A DNA stretch of 44,054 nucleotides from positions 1-44,054 of the forward strand of contig JAVECS010000019.1 of assembly GCA_051942165.1 (NCBI GenBank). The letters run 5' to 3'. The notes below the pieces were generated by a model. It worked only from the letters and a program-made list of their open reading frames with translations, did no database searches and was not told where the DNA came from. This DNA comes from Circinaria calcarea (lineage: Eukaryota). Shown one piece after another: positions 10,588 through 20,502 of this stretch (position 1 is the stretch's first letter; every line of letters begins with the position of its first letter). The position numbers were made by a program, and so were the translations under genes.

Positions 10588-13224
10588 ATGTCGCAAAGCA
10601 ACAATATCCGTACCGCTGAGTTATCTTCCTTACTAAAGCCCCTCGTACTACCGGAGAAGCAAGCACTTATCAAAGAGTTCCCTAGCTCGCATCATCTTGT
10701 TGTTACTACGAACAGTGGTGTTTATCTTTGGACATACCAGGGCGTCCAGGAGACCTTTCGCTCGAAGTCTAAAGGAATCATTGCTGCCAGAAAGTTGTCC
10801 GGAAGTGGCAATATCCTCGCGGTTGCCGACAGTCAGGTTATCATCCTACACGATCCAAGCAAACGGACGCATCAGAGTTATAGACTGAAGGGCGTTGATG
10901 TCAGTAACCCAACTTGGAAAATGCATAGACATTAGATGCTGATGTAACTGTGACTAGGATCAAGTCCGGCTTCTCCAGTATAATCAGCATTCGAAAACTC
11001 TCTTCTTTACTACAAGACTTGAGAGTGCTTTGCAGGCCTACTCAATCAGCACGAGAAGTCTCCTCGACCCCACCCATACTCATCCTTCACCTCCCACCGT
11101 CTTTGCCTTATCTGCAACCTCCGATCTAGTCCTCTCTGCGTCTACGAGCCCGCCCATCATTCATCTAGCCTTTGGTATCTCAGACAAGCGTCCAACCTTA
11201 CTCCAGCCTGATGCGTCATCCGCACCAGTGGTAGCCGCGGCTTTCCATCCTCATCGAGCCAGCACTTTCGTTCTTGCGTTTGCTGATGGTATACTGGCAG
11301 CATACGATGCGATAATGTCGCATAATGACGGCGATAGAGGAGCTAAGTCCGCTACATCGAACTTTGATAGAGGTGGGATTACATACGCCGAAATTGCGCA
11401 TACCACTTTGGCCAACGATTGGTTCTCTCCGTCAGTGAACGTTGGTGGTGTTGAGCCTTGTGCTACGGCAGTTGCTTTTATTCCAGGATCGACATGTACA
11501 GCGGTGTTCATAGGCACAGATGGCTGGTGCCGAGTTATCGACTTTACCTCTGAAAGGTCAACTAGCGCAGAGATCATACAGCGTTGGCTTGTCGGAAGTG
11601 CAGCTACAACTCTATCCATTCTATCTACAGGTTGCAGTTCAGGAGTTAAGACCAACTTGCCTGCATACTTGACAGCTATAGGTGGTGCAGATGGAGCTGT
11701 ACTCCTCTTCGACCGCGATGGTGAACATCATGGGTATCATGATTTTGGTACAGATGGTTCACGTGTGATTGATGTCGAATGGCTCGAAGGCTCAGGTATT
11801 GATGATCACGGCGAGGGGAATGAAACATCCGAACAGTTAAAAATCCCAGTGGGCACTTCCGGATCCCAACCGTTGAAAGCTATCGAAACTCGAAACCGAC
11901 GCCAAGCAGTACAACTACAGGTACATCTCCACCACCAACTGACTGCTGACAGAAAGTGCTAACACCTCAACTGCAGGCTCCATCCAAAGACCCTAGTGAA
12001 CCTGCCCCTTCCAGGCCCGCCATGGCAGCTCCTTCAATTCCGCTTCGAAAGACCAGGATCGATGACACTGGGTCTAGAAAAGTATATACAATGCCTACGA
12101 AGGCGGAAAAGATATCACCGAATAGTACCACCACTGTACGGAGGACGAGAACCGCAAACAGTTCCCAGGACACAGCTAGCCTCGTCCCCAATAATCCCAG
12201 CTCTCCTCATGATCTTCCTAAGACAGTCACAAGGGGAAGGACCCCTCCCCAAATTCCTCCTCGGCCTATCGGTCGAAAAGGAGGGAAAGACGCGATGCAA
12301 CGCGCTGAGATTGCTCGGATCACTTCCGTGACCCCGGACGAAGTAAAAATCCTTCGGATACATGACAGATTAGCAAGTGCGAGGCTGAGGCATGGTGGCG
12401 ATAGCTCTTACTCCATCGGTACGCAGAGGTGCAACTCCATGTCAAGTCTACCAACAGGACCTACCATGCCATCGCAGGTGCTTCCCCAGGGTCCATGGAT
12501 GAATAGGCCATCTGCACCAGTATCCTCTCCTGGCAAAGAGTCTATTCAGTCTTCTACCTTGACGTCCATGAAGCGAAGTTTACATTGTTTATCATCTCGT
12601 CCAATATCCTCGACCGGTTCGGAAGTATCCAACGATACGGTCATAGACTGGCGTACTAGCTATAAGAATCCCAGCGGAAGCCCTCTCAAGAACCCCACCT
12701 TTGCACTTCCTTCGGCAACTCACTCGAGCAAACTCGCCTCTCAACGGCATATTTCCAATACCTCGAAGTCCTCCTCGGTAGAATCTCAGTCGATCAGTGA
12801 AGACTCCTCGGCTACCAACACGACGATCGTGTCCTGGTCTACTCGTCCCCTTCCTCCACTTCCCTATCTACCAAGATCGCCAGGAAAAATGAATCTCTTG
12901 GAAGACCCGTCAGCTCCGGCGACTTGTACGCCCCGCCGTAACAAAACGTCTACGAGGTCACTGGCGCCGAGTTCGGTGATGCGTAGACCGAGCTTGAAAG
13001 CTAGTTCCGGGAAGCGGTTTTCGGTTGATGGATTGGGCTTGGGGGACGGCGATCAGGGAAAGGGGAAGGGAAAAGGAGAAAAGAAGAATGATGTAGAGGA
13101 GAGATTGCAGGAGCGGGTGAGAGCTCTGGAGGTGGAAATGAAACGGTTGAGGGAGCTGGTCAACAGCTTGAGGGAGTTGGTCAATGGTGAGGTGAAAGTG
13201 TCAAAGCCGGATGGAAAGAAGTAG
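10588..13224 (+). CDS. WD40-repeat protein with Ser/Pro-rich linker and C-terminal coiled coil, 3 exons (10588-10899, 10958-11920, 11977-13224)
   Basis: Three ORF-track ORFs join in frame through GTCAGT..TAG and GTACAT..CAG introns (branch points GCTGAT, GCTAAC). WD-like blades: ILAVADSQVIILHD, VVAAAFHP..FVLAFADGILAAYD, AVAFIPG..IGTDGWCRVIDF, AIGGADGAVLLFD. Terminal heptads LQERVRALEVEMKRLRELVNSLRELV. Confidence 0.8.
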
Positions 13225-13316
13225 AGCGGACAGGTTCACAGAGCGTGCCGCGTCCGCCAGTGTAGTTTCGGTTCCGGCAAGCCTGTCAGTTTGTTACTTG
13301 TGGGTACGGGGGTAAT

Positions 13317-13892
13317 TGTCAGTAAGATACCGTGATAGGAAATCAGTTACCCGATTGGAATATCTATCTTTCATATCCCTTTCGCCCCTCTTCCCTGGAT
13401 TTAGACACGACACTACCCTTCCACCGGTTTACAAATGCAGCCGTCTGTAGTTCGCCTTTTCTCATTCCCGAAAGCACGTTTCTCCCTTACAACCAATCAA
13501 GTCCCCTTCCCTTTTTAAACTTATCAAGGGGAAAATATCAGCGGTATTTCCCCGTCCATAATCAAAGTCCTTTCACTCGGTGTAGCTCCCATATAAATCT
13601 GACTTGAGTATATAACATCCGGAAACTCCAAGAAAAAGACAGAAGATTCAAGGAGATAGGGGGCCGACTTAAGGAGGGTATTCCCCTGAGAGGAGATTAC
13701 TTATAGAAAAGTACGCGGGATTATCTGTTTCAACATACAGGGAACGTTTAGAGACTGTCTTGTAGAATAGGCTATATACACTACCGGAGCTAAACACGGG
13801 GTTGGCATAATATCCGGGTCGCTAATGTGGGGAATAGGTAAAGGAGGTGATGAAAAGCGGCGTTGGGATGGTAATATGAATAGTGGCTGACA
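13317..13892. mobile_element. Possible degenerate solo-LTR or TIR relic
   Basis: Gene-free, TpA-enriched 576-bp segment bounded by inverted TGTCAG...CTGACA termini. I found no matching 5-bp target-site duplication (gtaat vs actgc). Confidence 0.25.
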
Positions 13893-14111
13893 ACTGCGCC
13901 GGCGGATTATTAAAAAGGAGTAAACAAAGGCAAACACTGTCCAGGAAAGGGTGTGCTGGTGATTTTCGAACTTAAGGGAAGTACTTGTAGACGTTGCATG
14001 GAAAGTAGAGAACGGGTTTTATCGCCAAGTCAAGTCTATTGGCCTATCGACATGGAGAGACCGTAGAGTATCATCCGTGATTGGAGCCTACCATCTATAT
14101 AGATGAAATCT

Positions 14112-16634
14112 CTAAAGATGCCAGAAAACCCGTCCATCGACTTCCTTGGCCTTCCAAATCAGGCTATGATCCTTCCAGATTTTTGGCAACCCCCGAGCAC
14201 AAACACTCCTCATCTTGGTGAACATTATGTCCACCTCGCCACCCTTGGCCAAGAACCACATCCGGACTTTACCCTCCTGTTGCGTAGCAATAGAACACAG
14301 AAATTTGAAGAATTTGACTGCATCTGCGCTCATCGCATCCTTAATCCCCATATCGAGAGTGCTGGGCATCAAGCTAGGCTCAAATCCAGTGGCGATGCGG
14401 TCTTTGAAGTAAAAAGATATGTACCGCAAGTTCTCTGGGATTTCGTTGGGGTCACCAAGCGACGTCGCGACGAAGGCTGGGAGTAACATTACGTCCGGGA
14501 CGGTACCGAGCTCCAAAGATGCCGGGACTAGGCAGTCGGGAATGGAGAAACGCAAGGAATACTTACGATAAGAGACCTCGCGGCCTTCCTCAAACATGAA
14601 AGAAGAACGCGCGCCTGTGTCGTACATGTGCCCAACGAGAACGATTGACGGTATGCCCGAAGAGTCGATCGTCAAATGAATTGTGATGGTCGCATTTAGA
14701 AAAGGAGAATGAAAGAGGTCGCCGATATAAGTGGTGGCATGGCCGCTTAAAAGCCCAATGACGGCTTCATTGACGTAAACAGTCTCAGTCTTACACAGAG
14801 TACTGGCGAGACGCAAGGCAGGAATATCCCGAAGACGCTGATTCTCGTCACGAATCACGAGAGCCTTGCTTTGAGCGTCTAATAGAGAACCAAGGATACG
14901 TGTGCCTACTGGGGGTTCTCGGCTGCCTGTCGTCCATGTCTCCCTCTCATCGCTCTCTTCAATCCTTTCGCTCCTCCACCTCTCTCCGATCACATCAACG
15001 CGCTCCAGGATTCTCTTACAAAACTCCTTCTGATGGTCTAGCGGCTCTGCGGTCTTCTGCAAGTCTCGGTGCATGTCAGGTTGCATGTTGTCCCATTCCG
15101 TCGAGTGGTCTGCAGACGTCATGCTCTGTTCTAGCTGCCCGACCGTACCAAAGGACCTGGGAGGTGAAGACCGGTCGCCCTGGTCAAGAGCAGCAGTAAA
15201 GAACATCGGCCGATCAAAGGCCGGATCTGGATGATACACTCCATCTATAACTCCGACGGTAGGGTCAAATAACGGGAAGGGTTCTGACGGTCCCTCAGAC
15301 TCTGCAACAATAGGCGACCAGATCCCGATGGGCGCTTCGTCCTTTCCGTTATCTTGATCCTCATACCTTGAGTAATCAAAGGTCCATCCACCCACGGGTT
15401 TGTTTTCGTCCTGGGCTTCGCGAGGATCTCTGATCTTGATGGACGACTTCTGCGCGGCGGCTTTGAACTTAGCCAAGGCAACAGCAGGATCGGTAGGCTC
15501 CGGGGTCCTAGTTGCATAACGGCTGAGATGAAGGTCGGTCTTCTTGTATGTTCCGGTTCGGTCCACGTTTAGAGACAATGTCGACAGGGGTTGCGGTGAC
15601 AAGGCGGATATCCTTTCTGGTGGGGATGACTGTTCTGCATAGAACGCACGGACCTGCTCCTCTACCTCTTCTTCCTTCAAGGCAAATGTTGGACTAGAGG
15701 CTTTCTGAGTCTTGAGCTGGACTCTTGGTGAAGTTGCAGAGGGCATACGTCTGTTTGGTATATAATCTTCACCATAGATTTCGCGTATTGCATTCTCTTC
15801 TTCCTCCTCAGTATAGTTTCTATCCCATGGTACACGAACAGTGGGATGCTGATTGACTATTGTCTTGAAGGCGGGCCTTGCAGCTGAATGGAGTGACGAA
15901 CTCAGGGGCGCTTCTTTGGGACGAGTACTAGCTGCTTCGGTAGGACGAGTATGAGCTACCGCGGTAGGAGGTGCATCAGCCAATTCAATGGGACGGATAC
16001 CAGCGACTTGGGTGGGATCAGTTTCAGCTATTTCAGTGGGACGGATTCTAGCTGCTCCATTTTGCGGACGCGTGGAAAAAGCAGGCCCAGCGGTATCAGC
16101 AGCGGCATGATTCTCAGCCAACTGTGTAGTTCTCCGTGCGTTGCCTTGGGCCTCGAGTACCATGGCTCTCTGCTCGAGCCTTTCCACATCACGCTCGAGC
16201 TCTTGGAGTTGTTCTGAAAGCGGTCCCAAACGACCCAGCTGATCTTGAGTAAGGCGAGTCTCGAGCGAAGCGATCTGCCGACGAAGCTGGAGAAGATTAT
16301 TGGCGGTTTCGAGCTGGAAGATGTTGGAATTATGCTGGAGAGCTTGAAGACGATACTGATCCACTCCGTCCAAGTAGTGCTGCTGGACGAAGCGGTTCTC
16401 GAGGTTAGCCAGACGATCTTCAAGTCCTTGGTAATTCGCTCTGACGAGGTCTCTGAGCGCCCAATACTCCACTCCGACCGGGTTGCGCTGAGGCTCCAGA
16501 CGCCGGATGAGTGCTGCTTCCTGGCCAGCTACATGTGTCTTGAGCACTTCCACTTGGGTCCTCGCCTCACGTAGTCCGTTGCGGATGTCTGCAACTGTGT
16601 CTGGGAACGAGGCCGTCATTGAGAGAGAGACCAT
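14112..16634 (-). CDS. Intronless 840-aa orphan: N-terminal coiled coil, disordered repeat-containing middle, probable folded C-terminal domain
   Basis: An uninterrupted 2.5-kb ORF with heptad repeats in the first ~165 aa, RPTE-type short repeats and a hydrophobic beta-rich-looking C-terminal ~250 aa. I do not recognise the family. Confidence 0.8.
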   Translation of the reverse strand: MVSLSMTASFPDTVADIRNGLREARTQVEVLKTHVAGQEAALIRRLEPQRNPVGVEYWALRDLVRANYQGLEDRLANLENRFVQQHYLDGVDQYRLQALQHNSNIFQLETANNLLQLRRQIASLETRLTQDQLGRLGPLSEQLQELERDVERLEQRAMVLEAQGNARRTTQLAENHAAADTAGPAFSTRPQNGAARIRPTEIAETDPTQVAGIRPIELADAPPTAVAHTRPTEAASTRPKEAPLSSSLHSAARPAFKTIVNQHPTVRVPWDRNYTEEEEENAIREIYGEDYIPNRRMPSATSPRVQLKTQKASSPTFALKEEEVEEQVRAFYAEQSSPPERISALSPQPLSTLSLNVDRTGTYKKTDLHLSRYATRTPEPTDPAVALAKFKAAAQKSSIKIRDPREAQDENKPVGGWTFDYSRYEDQDNGKDEAPIGIWSPIVAESEGPSEPFPLFDPTVGVIDGVYHPDPAFDRPMFFTAALDQGDRSSPPRSFGTVGQLEQSMTSADHSTEWDNMQPDMHRDLQKTAEPLDHQKEFCKRILERVDVIGERWRSERIEESDERETWTTGSREPPVGTRILGSLLDAQSKALVIRDENQRLRDIPALRLASTLCKTETVYVNEAVIGLLSGHATTYIGDLFHSPFLNATITIHLTIDSSGIPSIVLVGHMYDTGARSSFMFEEGREVSYRKYSLRFSIPDCLVPASLELGTVPDVMLLPAFVATSLGDPNEIPENLRYISFYFKDRIATGFEPSLMPSTLDMGIKDAMSADAVKFFKFLCSIATQQEGKVRMWFLAKGGEVDIMFTKMRSVCARGLPKIWKDHSLIWKAKEVDGRVFWHL

Positions 16635-16903
16635 GCGGCTTACGACTTTTCACCAGAAATCATTGTGGTTGAGGATATGGAAGAAGACATGAACATCGTC
16701 TGGAGTGATCGCGACGAAGGGCGTGCTTGCCCTTATTGATTTCGCTTAATGGGAGGGGTGGACAAAGGACACCTTACCAGAACAGGTGCAGCGTAGACCC
16801 GTTCTGAGCCATAGAATCATCTGAATTTACTGCTGTAACACAAGGAAACCTGCACAAGGAGAGTTGTTTGGTATTTACTTGTACAGGGGTATTTATGCCA
16901 AAT

Positions 16904-19900
16904 CTAAAGAAAATGCCAGTGGTCTTTTAACAAATCCTCTTCATGCCCGCGTCTGCATGCCGAGGCTGCAAGAGCAAAACGAGGGCGTCCCTCGAAGACC
17001 TCAGGTTTGTCCTCCCTCATCCCCTCAAGCACCCCAACACAGCGTCGACAGAGAGCCTCTTCCAGATCTGAATCCTTCGGTACAGCATACCTCCAACAGC
17101 GAACACATTTGTCCTGCTCAGGTGCGTACACATGAGCCACCACGGTTTGCCCGTCGACGACAAAACTTGCGGTATAGAGCCATTCCGCACTTAGGACATG
17201 TTCGGGAACGGGGCCCACACATGTCTCAACTTTCGAAACCACGAATAAGTTCTCCAGGTCCGCGACATGCCTTTGGAATATCATCTTGTTGCGTTCCGAC
17301 GTCTCTTCTTTAGCCTCAACATTGATTTGCAATAAGACAAATGACTGAAGTGATGAACCCATTTTCTTGTCCCTTCTAGCGGCTTCCTGCGCACTCTTAA
17401 CGGCAGAGTGGGCTGACAAGAAATAAGGCATATGGGTTTCCAACTCGTCGTTTTGCCATAGGACAGGATTTTCACCAACCACATCGGCCTCCAGGGTATC
17501 CCATGACAGCCATTCAGGGGGAAGTTGCCTGGTATCGGACCGCATATGGTGATTGACTTCCGCAACGAGCAAAGGGGTGACAGGAGCTAGCATGCATAAA
17601 AGCCATCTGTGGATTTGCTGAAGGACTTGTTGAGCTTGTCGCCTTTCCTTGGATAAAACAGCATCGGCATACATGCGGTCTTTAATACTCTCAATGTAGA
17701 ATGCAGACAGATCAGTATTGACATACTGGTTTATGTATGCAGTGACTTTGTGATATTCGAAATCTTCGTAGTGCCTACGGACCTTTTCGAGTAGTGACCG
17801 AAGCTGGATCAGTGCCAATTGATCGACAATTCCAAGCTTCTCGAAGTTCAAGGGAGCCTTGTCTTTTCGATCCGCCAAGAGACCTAGAAGTAGTTTGAAG
17901 GTGACACGCAACTTTGATAAGCTGTTCTGTACAGCCTGCAGCACCGACTGCCCAACGATAACATCCTTGGTATAGTCACACCCAGCAACCCACAGACGGA
18001 GAGCATCTGGACCCATGGTATCAACAGGTGCCTGATCGTGCATCAAACCGCTCTTATTCTTCTTTCTCTTCATAGGAGGTAGTAAGCTCCCATCCATGAT
18101 CTGGTCAGGGGAGATCACATTGCCTTCTGATTTGCTCATTTTCCGACCGGATTGATCAAGGGTAAATCCATGAGTGATAAGAGTTCTATATGGAGCCAAA
18201 GGTATGGTAGGACCGTTGTACGTTGATGATTGGTAGGCAATGCTGGTTAACAGGCTAGATTGAAACCATCCTCGATGTTGATCAGTACCCTCGAGGTAGA
18301 CGTCCGCAATTTCTAAACAACGCACCCCAGACGGCCGTATAGACCATGTGGACCCTATGGGCACATGTGCATCCTGAGAGGACATGTTCAATGTATCTTC
18401 ATTGGATGATTTGCTAGTCTGAGTCCAGCTTGTCCCGCTGTCGAACCAAACATCCATAGTGTCTTGGCCACGGCGATAATGACTCTTACCAGTATTGTCT
18501 CTGAGCGAGACAGGAGTCCAGGCCGGATCGTATTGGTCGTCAGTCCACCAAGCGTCAACTCCCCGAGCCTGGATAATCGAGATAATGTGGGAGACACTTT
18601 CTTCGGTCATGAGAGCGGACCCCGTGTCTCTGTGATACAAGGCAGGAACTGGTACGCCCCAGGCACGCTGTCTAGATATGCACCATTCAGCTCTATTTCG
18701 AACGAAACTTACAAGTCTCTCCTTGCTAGATTCAGGAACAAATTTTACTTGATCAAGGGCATGTAGAGCAGTGTCCCTGATTTCTCCAACATCAGCAAAC
18801 CATTGTTCGGTGGCACGTATAATGACAGGCTGCTTGGACCGCCAATCATAGGGATACTTGTGTCGGTATTCGTGTGATGTAATTAATGCCTTTCGAGTAG
18901 ATAAGAGGTCGAGTACAGCTATGCTGCCTTCCGTCAAGACGGGCCTTCCAGCTAGTAGTTTCTGGTCATTAGGCCAGGCGTCCTGGGTAAAACAACCATG
19001 ATCGTCGACGGGTGCAAAAATATCGACACCATATTCCTGGCACAGTTTGTAGTCGTCCATTCCATGACCAGGAGCAATATGGACAAGGCCAGACCCAGAC
19101 TCCGCCGTGACAAAATCCGCACATATTACTTTTGGGGGCTTCATAGGACTACCGTCACGTGACAAGCTGCGGTAGGTTGCCCCCACGAGGTTTGATCCTC
19201 GTATGCTCTTATGCACTGCCCGTGTCAATTTCTCCTCGAACAGTCGCTCAGCATCCGGCACTCTTGACTCGGCCATAAGCAAGAGTCCGTGATTCGAGGA
19301 CACGACTACAACGTAATCCAAGTCATAGCTAACCGCAATAGCTTTGTTTGCTGGTAGTGTCCAAGGAGTTGTCGTCCAGATAACTGCGCTGACATTTTGC
19401 CAGTCCACATCCATTGATTGAGTAGCTGTTAACGGTACACTGATCAAGGGAAACTTGACAAATGCTGCTGTGGACACATGATCTTGGTTGTATTCCAACT
19501 CTGCCTCCGCCAGAGCCGTACGGGACGATGGTGACCAGTAAACGGGCTTAAACCTTCGATAGATCAAACCCTTGATGACCATCTGTTTGAACACCTCCAG
19601 CTGCCCTAACTCAAACCCTTTATCCATTGTAGTCCACGCGTTCTTCCAATCAGCCATGATTCCCCATCCTCGAAACCCATTCTTCTGCTCTTCCACGGTT
19701 CTGGCCGCAAGCTCTCTTGCCACATTCCGAACACCAATAGCATCCAATTGGCCACTCCCACCAATCACGCCGAGTTCCTTCTGCTTTTTCAGAGCTTTGA
19801 GCTCGATAGGTAGTCCATGGCAATCCCAACCAGGGATGTACCTGACATGTTTGTTGAGCGCTAATTGGAACCGGCAGGTGATATCTTTCAGAATCTTGTT

Positions 19901-20149
19901 CAAGGCGTGACCAATGTGCAGATTCCCGTTTGCATAGGGAGGTCCGTCATGGAGGGTAAATGTAGATACTTTGGCTCCTTTTTTGACAGCATTGTGCACC
20001 CGTTGCAGGGATTGGGCATATAGCACCTCTGTACATTGATGGAGGTATTCTGGTCGATCTGCCAGGACAGCGCGTGGAGGCAAGGTAGATTTCGGCAAGG
20101 ACAGTGTGGTTGACCATAACGCGCGAAGGACTTGGGTGGATACTGGCAT
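16904..20149 (-). CDS. ISM1: Isoleucyl-tRNA synthetase, mitochondrial/bacterial type, intronless
   Basis: LHDGPPYANGNLHIGH (HIGH), GWDCHGLPIE, editing domain WTTTPWT and GSGLVHIAPGHG, WCISRQRAWG, YLEGTDQHRGWFQSS, KMSKS and a C-terminal CxxC...CxxC zinc site. Confidence 0.97.
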   Translation of the reverse strand: MPVSTQVLRALWSTTLSLPKSTLPPRAVLADRPEYLHQCTEVLYAQSLQRVHNAVKKGAKVSTFTLHDGPPYANGNLHIGHALNKILKDITCRFQLALNKHVRYIPGWDCHGLPIELKALKKQKELGVIGGSGQLDAIGVRNVARELAARTVEEQKNGFRGWGIMADWKNAWTTMDKGFELGQLEVFKQMVIKGLIYRRFKPVYWSPSSRTALAEAELEYNQDHVSTAAFVKFPLISVPLTATQSMDVDWQNVSAVIWTTTPWTLPANKAIAVSYDLDYVVVVSSNHGLLLMAESRVPDAERLFEEKLTRAVHKSIRGSNLVGATYRSLSRDGSPMKPPKVICADFVTAESGSGLVHIAPGHGMDDYKLCQEYGVDIFAPVDDHGCFTQDAWPNDQKLLAGRPVLTEGSIAVLDLLSTRKALITSHEYRHKYPYDWRSKQPVIIRATEQWFADVGEIRDTALHALDQVKFVPESSKERLVSFVRNRAEWCISRQRAWGVPVPALYHRDTGSALMTEESVSHIISIIQARGVDAWWTDDQYDPAWTPVSLRDNTGKSHYRRGQDTMDVWFDSGTSWTQTSKSSNEDTLNMSSQDAHVPIGSTWSIRPSGVRCLEIADVYLEGTDQHRGWFQSSLLTSIAYQSSTYNGPTIPLAPYRTLITHGFTLDQSGRKMSKSEGNVISPDQIMDGSLLPPMKRKKNKSGLMHDQAPVDTMGPDALRLWVAGCDYTKDVIVGQSVLQAVQNSLSKLRVTFKLLLGLLADRKDKAPLNFEKLGIVDQLALIQLRSLLEKVRRHYEDFEYHKVTAYINQYVNTDLSAFYIESIKDRMYADAVLSKERRQAQQVLQQIHRWLLCMLAPVTPLLVAEVNHHMRSDTRQLPPEWLSWDTLEADVVGENPVLWQNDELETHMPYFLSAHSAVKSAQEAARRDKKMGSSLQSFVLLQINVEAKEETSERNKMIFQRHVADLENLFVVSKVETCVGPVPEHVLSAEWLYTASFVVDGQTVVAHVYAPEQDKCVRCWRYAVPKDSDLEEALCRRCVGVLEGMREDKPEVFEGRPRFALAASACRRGHEEDLLKDHWHFL

Positions 20150-20502
20150 GCTACAGTGTAGGTGAGATTCAATCAGTGTATTCTACCGAAGTTTTCGCCC
20201 CTTTACGCTAGCCAACGGCTACAAATAGGAAAATAAACATGGCAACTGTTCAAGATGAATCAATCTGTTTCTACAAAGATAATCAGATAATTAATAATGA
20301 TTCCTAATAAAAAGGATAATCTATAATATGACGTCTGTTCTATCATACACCTTGTAAATGCACTAGAACAATATATGTTACGCTCCTCATAAGCAAGACA
20401 ATGCTGGGGTATCTCACAAAATGCGTGCGTGCCTGCTATGTTCCCGCCAGCTCCAACGCCTTTTCCCTGATAGCAGTTCCGAGAAGGCTTCATAACGCCC
20501 CG

